Positions 55,501-63,129 of a DNA stretch of 64,000 bases are shown one piece after another. Positions within the stretch are counted from its first letter, which is position 1. Each line of letters opens with the position of its first letter. Made by a program: the position numbers and the translations under genes. Origin of the DNA: Bacteroidales bacterium (GTDB taxonomy: Bacteria > Bacteroidota > Bacteroidia > Bacteroidales > BM520); the NCBI GenBank assembly GCA_016285515.1, contig JAEEQW010000006.1, forward strand, positions 78 through 64,077, in the 5' to 3' direction. The notes under the pieces were generated by a model. That model did no database searches, was not told the DNA's origin, and worked only from the letters and a program-made list of their open reading frames with translations.

Positions 55501-58500
55501 CATTGTTATTGGCGAAGTTTGCAACAAGATTTCTGTCAGAAACCAAAGTGAATGAATAAGTCTTATCTGCTGAAACTTCAACTCCGTTTTCTGTCCAATT
55601 TACGAATGTGTAATCATTTTCATCAAAAGAAACTGCAGTCAGAGTAACAACATCACCGTAGTAATAAGGATTGTCAAGACCCATAACCAAGCCATGACCT
55701 TCTGGATTTACTGTTACATTCACATAATAAGTATTGTGTAAGAAGTAAGCGACGAGGTCGCGGTCTTCAGTAGCAGTGAATTCATACAGTGCGTTTCTTG
55801 AAACTATATTTCCATCTTCTATCCAGCAGACGAATGAATAACCGATTTCAGGAGAAGCGCTAACTGCGACTGTTGCGCCGTAGATATATGCGCCACCACC
55901 TGTTACTGTACCGCCTTCTTCAGGGATAGCTGAAACTGTAATGTTAATCTGAGAAACAGAAAGTGTTCCATCTACGGTTGTCACATGGTACAAACTGCCA
56001 TCGATACCTGAAATAGCTGCTGTTGTTGCATCAATGTTCATTGGATAATCACCTGTCTCTGCTGCAACAACTTGAATAGTACAAATAGGACCTTCAGTTC
56101 CGAAAATTGCCTCTGGAGGCATTGCATAATCAAGGATTCTGATTACATTGCTCTTTCCATCAATAGGCATTCCCATGATGACGTGTGCTTCGGAAAGTCT
56201 GTCTGACTTTTCTACACCAACAAAAGTAAGACCATCAGGAAGAGTTATATCAAACTGGAAGCCATAAACAACATCATTATGATTAGTCAAATCAACAGGA
56301 ATATTGACTACAGTGTTTGGAAGAGCTTCCACATCTTCAACTACGAGGTAGTTATTGTAAACGAAGTTTGCAACAAGATTTCTGTCGGATGTTACTGTAA
56401 ATGAATAAGTTTCATCTTTTGAAACGATTACGCCATCTTCTGTCCATGAAATAAATGCATAATCATCGGAAGGTACTATTGCAGTCAAAGTGGCAACATC
56501 ACCATAATGATATGGATTGTCAACACCGCTGATTGTACCGAAACCTTCAGGATTTACATTTGCAGTGATATAATAATCAATGAGTTCGAAGTTAGCAACG
56601 AGGTTGCGGTCTACAGTAGCAGTAAATTCATACTGTGCGTTTCCTGTAACTATACTGCCATTTTCTGTCCAGTAGAGGAATGAATAACCGATTGCAGGAT
56701 AAGCGTTAACTACAACTGTTGTGCCATAGATATATGCACCGCCACCTGTTACTGTACCACCTTCTTCAGGAAGAGCAGAAACTGTAATGTTAACCTGAGA
56801 AACAGAAAGTGTTCCGTTTACGGTTGTCAAATGGAACAGACTGCCATCGATACCTGAAATAGCTGCTGTTGTTGCATCAACGTTCATTGGATAATCACCT
56901 GTCTCTGTTGCAACAACTTGAATAGTACAAATAGCACCTTCAGTTCCTGAAATAGCCTCTGGAGGCATTGCATAATCAAGGATTCTGATTACATTGCCAG
57001 CAATAGGCATTGCCATGAGGATGTGTGATTCGGAAAGTCTGTCTGACTTTTCTACACCAACAAAAGTAAGACCGTCAGGAATAGTTATATCAAACTGGAA
57101 GCCATAGACGACATCATTATGATTAATCAAATTAACAGGAATATCGACTAAAACGTTTGGAAGAGATTCAACATCTTCAACTACGAGGAAGTTATTGTAA
57201 ACGAAGTTAGCAACAATAACCATGTCGGATGTTACTGTAAATGAATAAGTCTCATCTTGTGAAACAACCACTCCATTTTCAGTCCATGCATCAAATGCGT
57301 ATTCATCGGAAGCTGGTGTTGCAGTCAAAGTGGCAACATCACCATAATGATAAGGATTGTCAACGCCGCTGATTGTACCGAAACCATCAGGATTTACAAT
57401 TGCAGTGATATAATAATCAACGAGTTCGAAGCAAGCAACAAAGCTGCGGTCGAGACCTGCTGCAAATATGTAAGGATTGTCGGTATATTCAGTCTCTCCT
57501 TCTTTCCAATATAAGAAAGCATAGCCTATATTAGGAGTAGCAGTAAGAGTAACTGTTTCACCTATATAATATACACCGTTGCCTGTGAAAGTACCACCGT
57601 CAATAGGATCAGCTGTCACGAAGATATTGACATCTTCGATAGTCAGAAGACCGTCAACAGTTTCGCTATAAAGTACATTACCCATCATGTCGGTTAAAAC
57701 TTCATTCTGAATAGCAAGGGTGAAAGTGCCTTCAACAGGAGCTGTGACATCAAATGTACAGATTGCACCGTCAGTGCCTGCCAATGGAACAGGTGGCATT
57801 GAATAGTCGATGACTCTCAGTACGTTGCCTGATATAACTTCTGCTGAAATATGGTGACTGTCATCATCTCTGTCAGTCAGGGCAATAGAGCCATAAACGT
57901 ATGTCATATCACCCAGTGGAATATCGAACTGGAAGCCATAAACCAAATCAACATCATTGTCGAGATCAACATTGATTGTTGCAGGCTGATCCACATGACC
58001 CATTAATGTTGTTGGAATAGACAGGACATTGACACCGATGAAATGAGCCACAAGATTTCTGTTACCTCTGACAGTGAAAGTGTAGATTGCATCGTCGGAA
58101 ACAACCAAACCGTTTTCTGTCCAGTTGGTAAACATATATCCGTCAGCTGGTGTAGCGGTCAGGACTGCTGTTTCAAAGTGATTATATGCACCTTCGCCAG
58201 TCACGACACCACCTTCAGCAGGATTAGCTGTTACACTAATATAATAGGTATTGAGTGACATAACAGCAATCAGTACGCGGTCAGCACCTGCTATGAATGT
58301 ATATTCAGGTGTTGAAGCAACGATAACTCCGTTTTCCAACCAGTCAACAAATGTATAACCCTCGTTAGGTGTTACGGTAACTGTAACTTGTTCTCCTGTG
58401 AAATATACGCCTGTACCGGTAGTAACACCGCCTTCCATAGGAACTGTGACAGCTTCGATATTAACGTCATCGATAGCCAGTTCTCCATCGCGTGTCTCAC

Positions 58501-60856
58501 AATAGAGAATATTTCCGTACAAATCGGAAAGAACAGGATCTGTAATAGTCAGTGGGAATACTTCCTCAGAGTGGGCTACAATCTCTAAAGTAACGATAGC
58601 ACCATCAGTTCCTGGAACAGCTGTAGGAGGCATTGAATAGCCGACTATTCTCAGAGTATTGTTTTCATAAAGGGTTGTGTTAACAACGAAATTTTCATTA
58701 GTTCTGTCAGTAACAGCTAATGAGCCATCAACATATTCGAGTTCACCAAGAGGAATGTCGAATTGGAATGCATAAACATCATCAATGTAATTATGCAGAT
58801 TGATAGCAATTTCCACGTTATTTTCACTATGAGCCACATAGTTGCCTATCCAAAGGACATTCAAAGGAAGGAAGTTGGCAACCAAGTTACGGTTTCCGGT
58901 AACGATGAAACTGTACTCTTCATCATTTGAAACTTCCACTCCATCTTCAGTCCAGTTGATGAATGCATATTCAGGAGCATGAACTGCTGTAAGCAGAGCT
59001 GTCTGTCCGTTGAGATATGTACCATAACCAGCAACCGAACCACCTTCAGCAGGATTAACTGTTGCGTTTATAATATATTGTTCAGTGCCGGAGATAACGA
59101 CATTGATACCAACAGGGATTGCATAATATTGATCAGAGTAAACAGCATATACCTGGAAATAATAGCTGCCTGCAGGATATATATTAATATAGGTATTGGT
59201 TTCAGAAGTGTAAGTCTCGTCATTTACCGTAATCATGTAACCTGTAAGACCTTCCTGTGTAGGAGCGTCCCATGTCAAAGTGATTTGGCCGTCACTTGTT
59301 GTGCTGGCAACGAGATTTGCGATAGGTTCAAGACCAACGTATGCGGAAGTGGCAACAGGTACTGATACACAACCATCAACATAGTTGGCAACAACTTCAT
59401 AGTCATAGGAATTATAGAATTCCACGTCAAAGTCAGCATACTCTGTACCTGTTGTGGTGTATGAAGCTATTAACACATCTGAATATGGAACATATTTGTT
59501 GATTGTATAATATTCAATCAAATGAGTTGTAAAAGGAGCTGTCCATGCGACATTTACCATCTTGACATTTAAAACTCCCTGAGCAGCTGTCAGTTCGGTA
59601 ACAGGATAGCCGCATTCAACAGGAAGGTTTATAATGCTTGTGCAAAAATCTTCGCTGGCACAACCATCATAAACTGCATTAACGCAGAAATGATAGTCAC
59701 CTGCTTCCATACCGCTGAGTGTGTACTCTGTCAGTTCTGTGAAAGCAACTTTGACACAAGTTCCGGCATTATCGTTAAAGCATCTTACTTCATAACCCAA
59801 AACATTAGGATTTACTGGAGCGGTCCAATAAACAGCTATTGTTCTTTCTTCAGGGTTAGCCATGCCATAGATGTTGGAAATATTATTGTCATCATCAACG
59901 CAGAAATACAAAGTGATATTTTTCTCTACCACTCTTGAATCGCATAAAACACCGTTATCGTTATGGGCAACAACGATGCCATAAGTATAAGTATGAGTTA
60001 CATGTGGCAAATCGGCATCAACGTAAGTGAAGATACCACCATCAACTTGAGCAATTTCAACATTATCGCGGTAGATTATATAATGGTCAACCGTTTCAAC
60101 GTTAGGAATTGACTTGGAAGCGATCACGTTAGCAGGCTTATAGACATTCATGTTGTCGATAGGCTCGATATCGCCCCAGCCCTTCTGACCGTCTTCGTTA
60201 GGATAATCGACCACAGCACAGATATACCAGCTGATAGGAGCTGAGTGGCTGTTTTCATATACATAGTCGAACTCAACACCATCGAGGGAAATGAGGTTAC
60301 TATAACCGTTAACGGCACCTTCCTCTGTAAATCTCAGAGTACTCAAGTTTTCACCTGTAGCCTTGACTGCTATAATAAGATCCTGAGTTTTGTCAATTTC
60401 TGTTCCAACAGAAACATAGTTAAAGGCGTCAGCAACTGCATCGGTAACCGTATATGAGTTAACGCGAGTGGCTGTAAAATCGCCTGAAGCCGGACCATTA
60501 GGGTCAGCTGTATAAACATCGACCTGATAATGGACACCTGTTGTTACAGTAGGGATGAACTTTACTTTTTCCAAAGTGAAAGGATAATCCGCTGTACTTG
60601 GGTATTCTGCAAGGACGCTTGCAGGAATTCTGAAAGCCATCCACAGAACGTTATCAGCCAATGTTCCTATTTCATTTGCTGGAGAGCCTTCGTAGTACTT
60701 GATTTCACTACTTGTAGGCAACTGCCAGTTCAGAGTGACATCATCATAATCTGCTGTCACTTCGAATTGTGAGACCGGACGACATTCGGTTCCCTGTGCC
60801 TGCGCAAAGAATGGAATCAGGCACATCACACTTAAGATTAATAAAATTTTTTTCAT
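49541..60856 (-). CDS. Giant (3771 aa) T9SS-sorted scaffoldin-like surface protein: N-terminal Fn3-like region, seven cohesin-like modules interleaved with 20 Listeria-Bacteroides repeats, a C-terminal Fn3-like array and a Por_Secre_tail CTD
   Basis: The ORF is one uninterrupted frame. The signal peptide is MKKILLILSVMCLIPFFAQA. Repeats of the form NPAEGGTVTGAGVY...VTLTATP.EGY.F.NWTENG...Y.F....R.LVA.F recur 20 times. VYGFQFDI modules recur 7 times. The CTD is VNVYPNPTAGDVTIE...ITIYNSLGQVV...GVYIFNI. Confidence 0.9.
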   Translation of the reverse strand: MKKILLILSVMCLIPFFAQAQGTECRPVSQFEVTADYDDVTLNWQLPTSSEIKYYEGSPANEIGTLADNVLWMAFRIPASVLAEYPSTADYPFTLEKVKFIPTVTTGVHYQVDVYTADPNGPASGDFTATRVNSYTVTDAVADAFNYVSVGTEIDKTQDLIIAVKATGENLSTLRFTEEGAVNGYSNLISLDGVEFDYVYENSHSAPISWYICAVVDYPNEDGQKGWGDIEPIDNMNVYKPANVIASKSIPNVETVDHYIIYRDNVEIAQVDGGIFTYVDADLPHVTHTYTYGIVVAHNDNGVLCDSRVVEKNITLYFCVDDDNNISNIYGMANPEERTIAVYWTAPVNPNVLGYEVRCFNDNAGTCVKVAFTELTEYTLSGMEAGDYHFCVNAVYDGCASEDFCTSIINLPVECGYPVTELTAAQGVLNVKMVNVAWTAPFTTHLIEYYTINKYVPYSDVLIASYTTTGTEYADFDVEFYNSYDYEVVANYVDGCVSVPVATSAYVGLEPIANLVASTTSDGQITLTWDAPTQEGLTGYMITVNDETYTSETNTYINIYPAGSYYFQVYAVYSDQYYAIPVGINVVISGTEQYIINATVNPAEGGSVAGYGTYLNGQTALLTAVHAPEYAFINWTEDGVEVSNDEEYSFIVTGNRNLVANFLPLNVLWIGNYVAHSENNVEIAINLHNYIDDVYAFQFDIPLGELEYVDGSLAVTDRTNENFVVNTTLYENNTLRIVGYSMPPTAVPGTDGAIVTLEIVAHSEEVFPLTITDPVLSDLYGNILYCETRDGELAIDDVNIEAVTVPMEGGVTTGTGVYFTGEQVTVTVTPNEGYTFVDWLENGVIVASTPEYTFIAGADRVLIAVMSLNTYYISVTANPAEGGVVTGEGAYNHFETAVLTATPADGYMFTNWTENGLVVSDDAIYTFTVRGNRNLVAHFIGVNVLSIPTTLMGHVDQPATINVDLDNDVDLVYGFQFDIPLGDMTYVYGSIALTDRDDDSHHISAEVISGNVLRVIDYSMPPVPLAGTDGAICTFDVTAPVEGTFTLAIQNEVLTDMMGNVLYSETVDGLLTIEDVNIFVTADPIDGGTFTGNGVYYIGETVTLTATPNIGYAFLYWKEGETEYTDNPYIFAAGLDRSFVACFELVDYYITAIVNPDGFGTISGVDNPYHYGDVATLTATPASDEYAFDAWTENGVVVSQDETYSFTVTSDMVIVANFVYNNFLVVEDVESLPNVLVDIPVNLINHNDVVYGFQFDITIPDGLTFVGVEKSDRLSESHILMAMPIAGNVIRILDYAMPPEAISGTEGAICTIQVVATETGDYPMNVDATTAAISGIDGSLFHLTTVNGTLSVSQVNITVSALPEEGGTVTGGGAYIYGTTVVVNAYPAIGYSFLYWTENGSIVTGNAQYEFTATVDRNLVANFELIDYYITANVNPEGFGTISGVDNPYHYGDVATLTAIVPSDDYAFISWTEDGVIVSKDETYSFTVTSDRNLVANFVYNNYLVVEDVEALPNTVVNIPVDLTNHNDVVYGFQFDITLPDGLTFVGVEKSDRLSEAHVIMGMPIDGKSNVIRILDYAMPPEAIFGTEGPICTIQVVAAETGDYPMNIDATTAAISGIDGSLYHVTTVDGTLSVSQINITVSAIPEEGGTVTGGGAYIYGATVAVSASPEIGYSFVCWIEDGNIVSRNALYEFTATEDRDLVAYFLHNTYYVNVTVNPEGHGLVMGLDNPYYYGDVVTLTAVSFDENDYTFVNWTENGVEVSADKTYSFTLVSDRNLVANFANNNVISVESVTGLPGVVTDVPINLHNTNDVVYGFQFDVTIPEGLTYVGIEKTYRLSDSHIIMAMPISDNVLRVLDYSIPPAQIDGVDGPVCLIQFQAAENGVYPLTLDGAVLSNVDGGLYNVTTVDGTLTISGVTVEAVANPAEGGTVTGAGVYAIGAAVTMTAFPAEGYAFINWTENGAEITTDASWTFVATANHSFVANFSSVNITVTANPTEGGTVTGGGVYPYGSEVIVNAIPAEGYAFRWWLKDNEIVSTDAFWSFTAVEDLNLVAYFSSINTLSIPTNLIGYVDKPVTVPVYLDNPIDNVYGFQFDIELGDLTYVEGSATVADRTSSNFYIVATVIDGNVLRVLGYSIPPTPVSGTYGDICTFDVMPSAEGNYLLPITNDVLSDEAGNILYSYAPLSGLVIVGAMQEYVINAIANPAEGGTITGAGVYETGDIVTLTATAAEGYTFVNWTDDFDNVISLDNSYTFVVVESRTLIANFVLDVTITVAADPVDGGSVLGGGVYSYGDVVTLIATPAMGYAFMYWMENNISISESPVLSFTATEDRDLVAYFSSVNTLSIPQNLFGYATEEITVPVSLNNPVDDVYGFQFDIELGELTYVDGSAVVTDRTNSNFYIVASVIDNNVLRILGYSIPPTAISGENGVICTFGVTAPEEGYYLLPITNSVLSGMVGNILYSYAPFPGLITVDELAEYTVIVNAIPAEAGTVTGGGVYTQHDIATVTATANDGYTFNYWTNNEGNIVSGDNSFSFTVVEDCVLNANFTVTTVNIEVSTYSTGGIVIGGGLYHVGDMVQLFAIADDCYTFEYWADANGNILSYDNPYSFIAAEDITIFAHFTQASYTVTAWVNPTEGGTITGVSNPYNCGDVATLTAVPAENYSFDGWYSAGALISSDATYSFTVNDNVWLMAQFSIESITITASADPEEYGVVSGAGSYIVGSTVNLIAYPFPGYYFINWTENGAEISTDDTYTFIATVNRTLVAHFAMDSYTVTVTVDPADGGTVTGAGTYIYNDMVTLTATPNGDYQFVNWTDEAGNVVAFGPQYSFYITSDRTFTAHFAIEYYTVTLNVDPADGGTVTGAGTYLLDELVTLTATPNGDYQFVNWTDEAGNVVASGAQYSFNITSDRTFTAHFAIEYHTVTINVDPVEGGTVAGAGTYLLNEFVTLTATVNDGYEFVSWTDENGNVVAFGTQYSFYITNDRVFTAHFVEDGLYPVVSMDIDHENLTAVVTWVPTAGSDPLYYIVSAVQGNNSYITLNTTETTATIKFVEEDTYIIGVAAVYANGMSDFVTDYVDIEVNEIHNFRVSNPSLNIVELTWDPCPSDRFNDFYRYHITGGSSPIDIYNINDTTFTDYLTVPGAYTYCITIEYGPQGIVSTDEICHPITIEQGAMFPAVILNQPIVVNMTADVSWQVAYPLAVEYYNVYIDNVKVGMTSDMSYICKLATEDVHTVSVEAIYEYGTSDRTSSTFINDVNEISNLNVSQNFEELTLTWNAPLDTYNDFVYYTITRNGAYLADIYNINETTYTDYIENGNTTYNYCITVSYLASNNNYVVSQPVCKSITVAEIFPPVTYISVDNENLSFLATWPAMPGAVSYTVSGVVDNPVTVVDPQFFGSVDEVALQTITVVVNYAQGSSIPANEEFQISLNAPKNFTAVPNGGDIVMTWGAPNDKYGDLTGYVITRNSEVVATVAAEVLTYTDTPDYGIYEYCVKAQYGYAYYSASDCQSSVAPECPAVTDLYGAFNFNDGTVTLYWTAPTNGTFTYNVYRNNVKIASVDQPTYVDSGINSYDDYVYNISVVCFDGVESNLSNPFSGSFACGGFPVENLRAVYDNAGGQPNVTLTWDKPLDFIDGQVYNIYRQGELIASQYAGTTYVDYVNIPSGTYSYTVTEVCPDGSESLPSTVNVAVETGIDDFNISVNVYPNPTAGDVTIECENMNSITIYNSLGQVVRNISVDANSITVSTSDMSSGVYIFNIINNDGNAIQKRVIVSK
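51885..52550 (-). repeat. Three tandem, near-identical 219-bp coding repeats (Listeria-Bacteroides repeat units 18-20)
   Basis: The protein unit is YTVT..VDPADGGTVTGAGTY....VTLTATPNGDYQFVNWTDEAGNVVA.G.QYSF.ITSDRTFTAHFAIEY, repeated three times. The DNA copies are visibly near-identical, for example around 52120-52250 versus 52340-52470. Confidence 0.85.
53444..53833 (-). other. Cohesin-like module 7 (subtype A), approximate bounds
   Basis: The sequence is LSIPQNLFGYATEEITVPVSLNNPVDDVYGFQFDIELGELTYVDGSAVVTDRTNSNF. The FQFD codons are at 53729-53740. Confidence 0.6.
54290..54679 (-). other. Cohesin-like module 6 (subtype A), approximate bounds
   Basis: The sequence is LSIPTNLIGYVDKPVTVPVYLDNPIDNVYGFQFDIELGDLTYVEGSATVADRTSSNF. 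The FQFD codons are at 54575-54586. Confidence 0.6.
55115..55504 (-). other. Cohesin-like module 5 (subtype B), approximate bounds
   Basis: The sequence is VYGFQFDVTIPEGLTYVGIEKTYRLSDSH...VDGTLTI. The FQFD codons are at 55400-55411. Confidence 0.6.
55964..56353 (-). other. Cohesin-like module 4 (subtype B), approximate bounds
   Basis: This is a near-duplicate of module 3 (VYGFQFDITLPDGLTFVGVEKSDRLSEAH). The FQFD codons are at 56249-56260. Confidence 0.6.
56804..57193 (-). other. Cohesin-like module 3 (subtype B), approximate bounds
   Basis: The sequence is LVVEDVESLPNVLVDIPVNLINHNDVVYGFQFDITIPDGLTFVGVEKSDRLSESH...VNGTLSV. The FQFD codons are at 57089-57100. Confidence 0.6.
57638..58027 (-). 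other. Cohesin-like module 2 (subtype A), approximate bounds
   Basis: The sequence is NVLSIPTTLMGHVDQPATINVDLDNDVDLVYGFQFDIPLGDMTYVYGS...VDGLLTI. The FQFD codons are at 57923-57934. Confidence 0.6.
58472..58861 (-). other. Cohesin-like module 1 (subtype A), approximate bounds
   Basis: The sequence is NVLWIGNYVAHSENNVEIAINLHNYIDDVYAFQFDIPLGELEYVDGSLAVTDRTNENF...TLRIVGYSMPPTAVPGTDGAIVTLEIV...RDGELAI. The FQFD codons are at 58757-58768. Confidence 0.6.
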
Positions 60857-61029
60857 AAATTTGAATTTTATTGATTATTACTTTATTTTTCTAACCATTT
60901 AATATTCAATAATATAGCACGCCACTCGAACGCATAGTGCCCTACACGCCCAAGCATTGTACTTTATCTTGCAAATATATAATAAATTTGCGAAATACCG
61001 TATCTTATTGGATTTTTTTTAACCGATTG

Positions 61030-62265
61030 TTAATAACTTTTTCTAAAATCAACCAACTTGTTGATTTCCAATATAATTACACGTGAAACATTGCTATTTG
61101 ATTGAACAATATGAAGACAATTTTTCTTGGTTTCACTGTAAATTTTTTCGTAAGATAGTTTTTCTATAATATTTCTAAAATCGCTCTCATTTGAGATACT
61201 AAATCCCCCTTTGGAGTCCACCAGCATTACCGCTTCATTATATTTGAGGTATTTCGGTCCGAAAATAACCGGTATCCCATATACAACAGCCTCAAGAGTG
61301 TTGTGAATACCTTTGCCGAAACCTCCGCCCACATAGGCTATGTCGGCATATCTGTACAGATATGCAAGTTTGCCTATGCAATCAATCACCATCACTTTGT
61401 TCCCATAATCATAACCGGTCTCATACTGGGAATAATACACAACATTGCCGTCAAACAGTCTGCTGATTCTTTCCAAATTGTCCCGGTCAATCAGGTGAGG
61501 TGCCAATATTATTCTGTAATCGGCAAGGGCATCCATTGAATTGTGAATGATGGCCTCATCCGGTTCCCAAGAGCTGCCTGCTATGAACACCTTGCCGTCA
61601 CCCTTGAAATCACTGACTTTTTCATCAACGAAATCTGAATTGGCTATTTCAACCACCCTGTCGAATCTGGTATCACCAGTAACCGACACATTCTCAATTG
61701 AAATACTGTTGAGAAGCCGCTTTGACTCTTCGTTCTGGACAAAGAAACGAGTTACCTTCCTTAACGTTTTCACCGCCGGATACCCATACCATTTGAAGAA
61801 ATACTGGCTTTCCCGGAAGATGCTTGAAACGAAAAACTGCGGAATATTCCTGTCATACATGATTTTGATAAAATTAAACCAAAAGTCATATTTGCAGAAA
61901 ATGGCACACACCGGTTTTACAATGTCAAGGAAACGGCTGGCGTTTCTCCTGGTATCCGCAGGCAGATAGGCATAATAATCCACTTCCCCAATATTCCTTC
62001 TATGGTTAAATCCTGAAGGAGAAAAGAAAGTGACGAGGACTTTATTGTTTGGATGTTGTCGTTTCAAGCTGATTATCAACGGTATTGCCTGCTCATACTC
62101 CCCAAGGGAAGCACAATGGAACCATACAATACCATCACCATGTTCAATCGTTTCAAGCAAGGCAAAAAGTCCTTTGCGGCCATTAACCCATTCCTTGGCT
62201 TTCTGATTAAACGGAGCTGACAAATGTATAAGAGCTGAATATATCTTAATGAGCAGGTTATACAT
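61030..62265 (-). CDS. waaA: 3-deoxy-D-manno-octulosonic acid (Kdo) transferase
   Basis: The 411-aa ORF starts MYNLLIKIYSALIHLSAPFNQKAKEWVNGRKG and contains VWFHCASLGEYEQAIPLI. This is typical of WaaA/KdtA. Confidence 0.8.
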   Translation of the reverse strand: MYNLLIKIYSALIHLSAPFNQKAKEWVNGRKGLFALLETIEHGDGIVWFHCASLGEYEQAIPLIISLKRQHPNNKVLVTFFSPSGFNHRRNIGEVDYYAYLPADTRRNASRFLDIVKPVCAIFCKYDFWFNFIKIMYDRNIPQFFVSSIFRESQYFFKWYGYPAVKTLRKVTRFFVQNEESKRLLNSISIENVSVTGDTRFDRVVEIANSDFVDEKVSDFKGDGKVFIAGSSWEPDEAIIHNSMDALADYRIILAPHLIDRDNLERISRLFDGNVVYYSQYETGYDYGNKVMVIDCIGKLAYLYRYADIAYVGGGFGKGIHNTLEAVVYGIPVIFGPKYLKYNEAVMLVDSKGGFSISNESDFRNIIEKLSYEKIYSETKKNCLHIVQSNSNVSRVIILEINKLVDFRKSY

Positions 62266-62267
62266 TT

Positions 62268-63041
62268 TTAGTAGTAATAGTAGTCTTTAGGTGTTTTCGG
62301 ATACAACGGCAACAACCATCCGACCTTGATTCCAACGTATAAGTCGTGTTTCCAGGACTTGTCTGAAGACATGGTGTCGAAATTGTATGGGCGGATGTTT
62401 CTTGTATAGCCATATACCGCTTCAAGTGCACCGTAAAAGTTGAAAAGTGTGTTATCAGCAAAGTTGATGAAACCAAACTGAGCACCAGCCGAAGGCCCGA
62501 CTGATAACCTGTCGTACCCTTTTTTATAATCGGATGACAATTCGGGCACATCGTCTTCGAAGACATCTATTCTTATCTTATGAGTCATAAGGCCCAGCCC
62601 GCCGGTAAAGAAAAGACCCGAATTGGGGTTCAGGGATTTGATTGGATAGAGTCTGCCCATTCTGAGAAGTATCTGATGCCCCCTTTCATATAGAGTGACT
62701 ATGGCTTCCTGACCGCTTCTGTTGATAATATACCCTGAAGATGCATAAAGATATTTGAGCAGCTCTGTCTGATTCTTCACAACATTGCCGAAAACATAAC
62801 CCCAGTCTATCCCTATCATCAGATTGGTATTTGTTTTATAGGAAAATCCGCCGCCAATAGTCGAATTGACACCAAACCATTCGGTCTGTGCACCAAGCGG
62901 AACCTGAAAAGAATATGCAACTTTTACAAACGGAATGTTTATGCATGAATCCGCAACACTCTGACAATTACCATGCTGACCAGACATTACCACCGGCAGC
63001 AGCAATATGATGACACTAATATTCCGTATAAATTTTATCAT
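62268..63041 (-). CDS. Hypothetical outer-membrane (beta-barrel-like) protein
   Basis: The ORF is open to 63119. I prefer the internal start MIKFIRNISVIILLLPVVMSG because it gives a signal-peptide-like N-terminus. The body is rich in Gly and aromatic residues in alternating strands. It lies 2 nt upstream of waaA. Confidence 0.45.
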   Translation of the reverse strand: MIKFIRNISVIILLLPVVMSGQHGNCQSVADSCINIPFVKVAYSFQVPLGAQTEWFGVNSTIGGGFSYKTNTNLMIGIDWGYVFGNVVKNQTELLKYLYASSGYIINRSGQEAIVTLYERGHQILLRMGRLYPIKSLNPNSGLFFTGGLGLMTHKIRIDVFEDDVPELSSDYKKGYDRLSVGPSAGAQFGFINFADNTLFNFYGALEAVYGYTRNIRPYNFDTMSSDKSWKHDLYVGIKVGWLLPLYPKTPKDYYYY

Positions 63042-63129
63042 TCCGCAAAAGTAGTTAAAAAAAACGGTTATTTGTTTTTTATTTCTATTTTTGCAATCCT
63101 CAAAATAAATTTTTTTCAAAAGCGATTAT

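Noticed and set aside
51885-58861. Tandem repeats as a possible satellite or CRISPR-like non-coding array
   Set aside because: The repeats are in frame within one ORF and encode recognisable protein modules (LBR and cohesin-like). They are coding repeats.
51317-60772. Plus-strand ORFs of 60-128 aa inside the giant gene
   Set aside because: All are antisense to a single uninterrupted 11.3-kb frame with consistent domain repeats. They are Cys/Ile/Asn-rich and have no signals.
60983-60990. Plus-strand TAAATTTG -7-like box upstream of the giant gene region
   Set aside because: The only downstream plus-strand sequence is the 3' end of the minus-strand waaA gene. The minus-strand box TATATTTG (plus-strand coordinates 60972-60979) is the more plausible promoter, for the giant gene.
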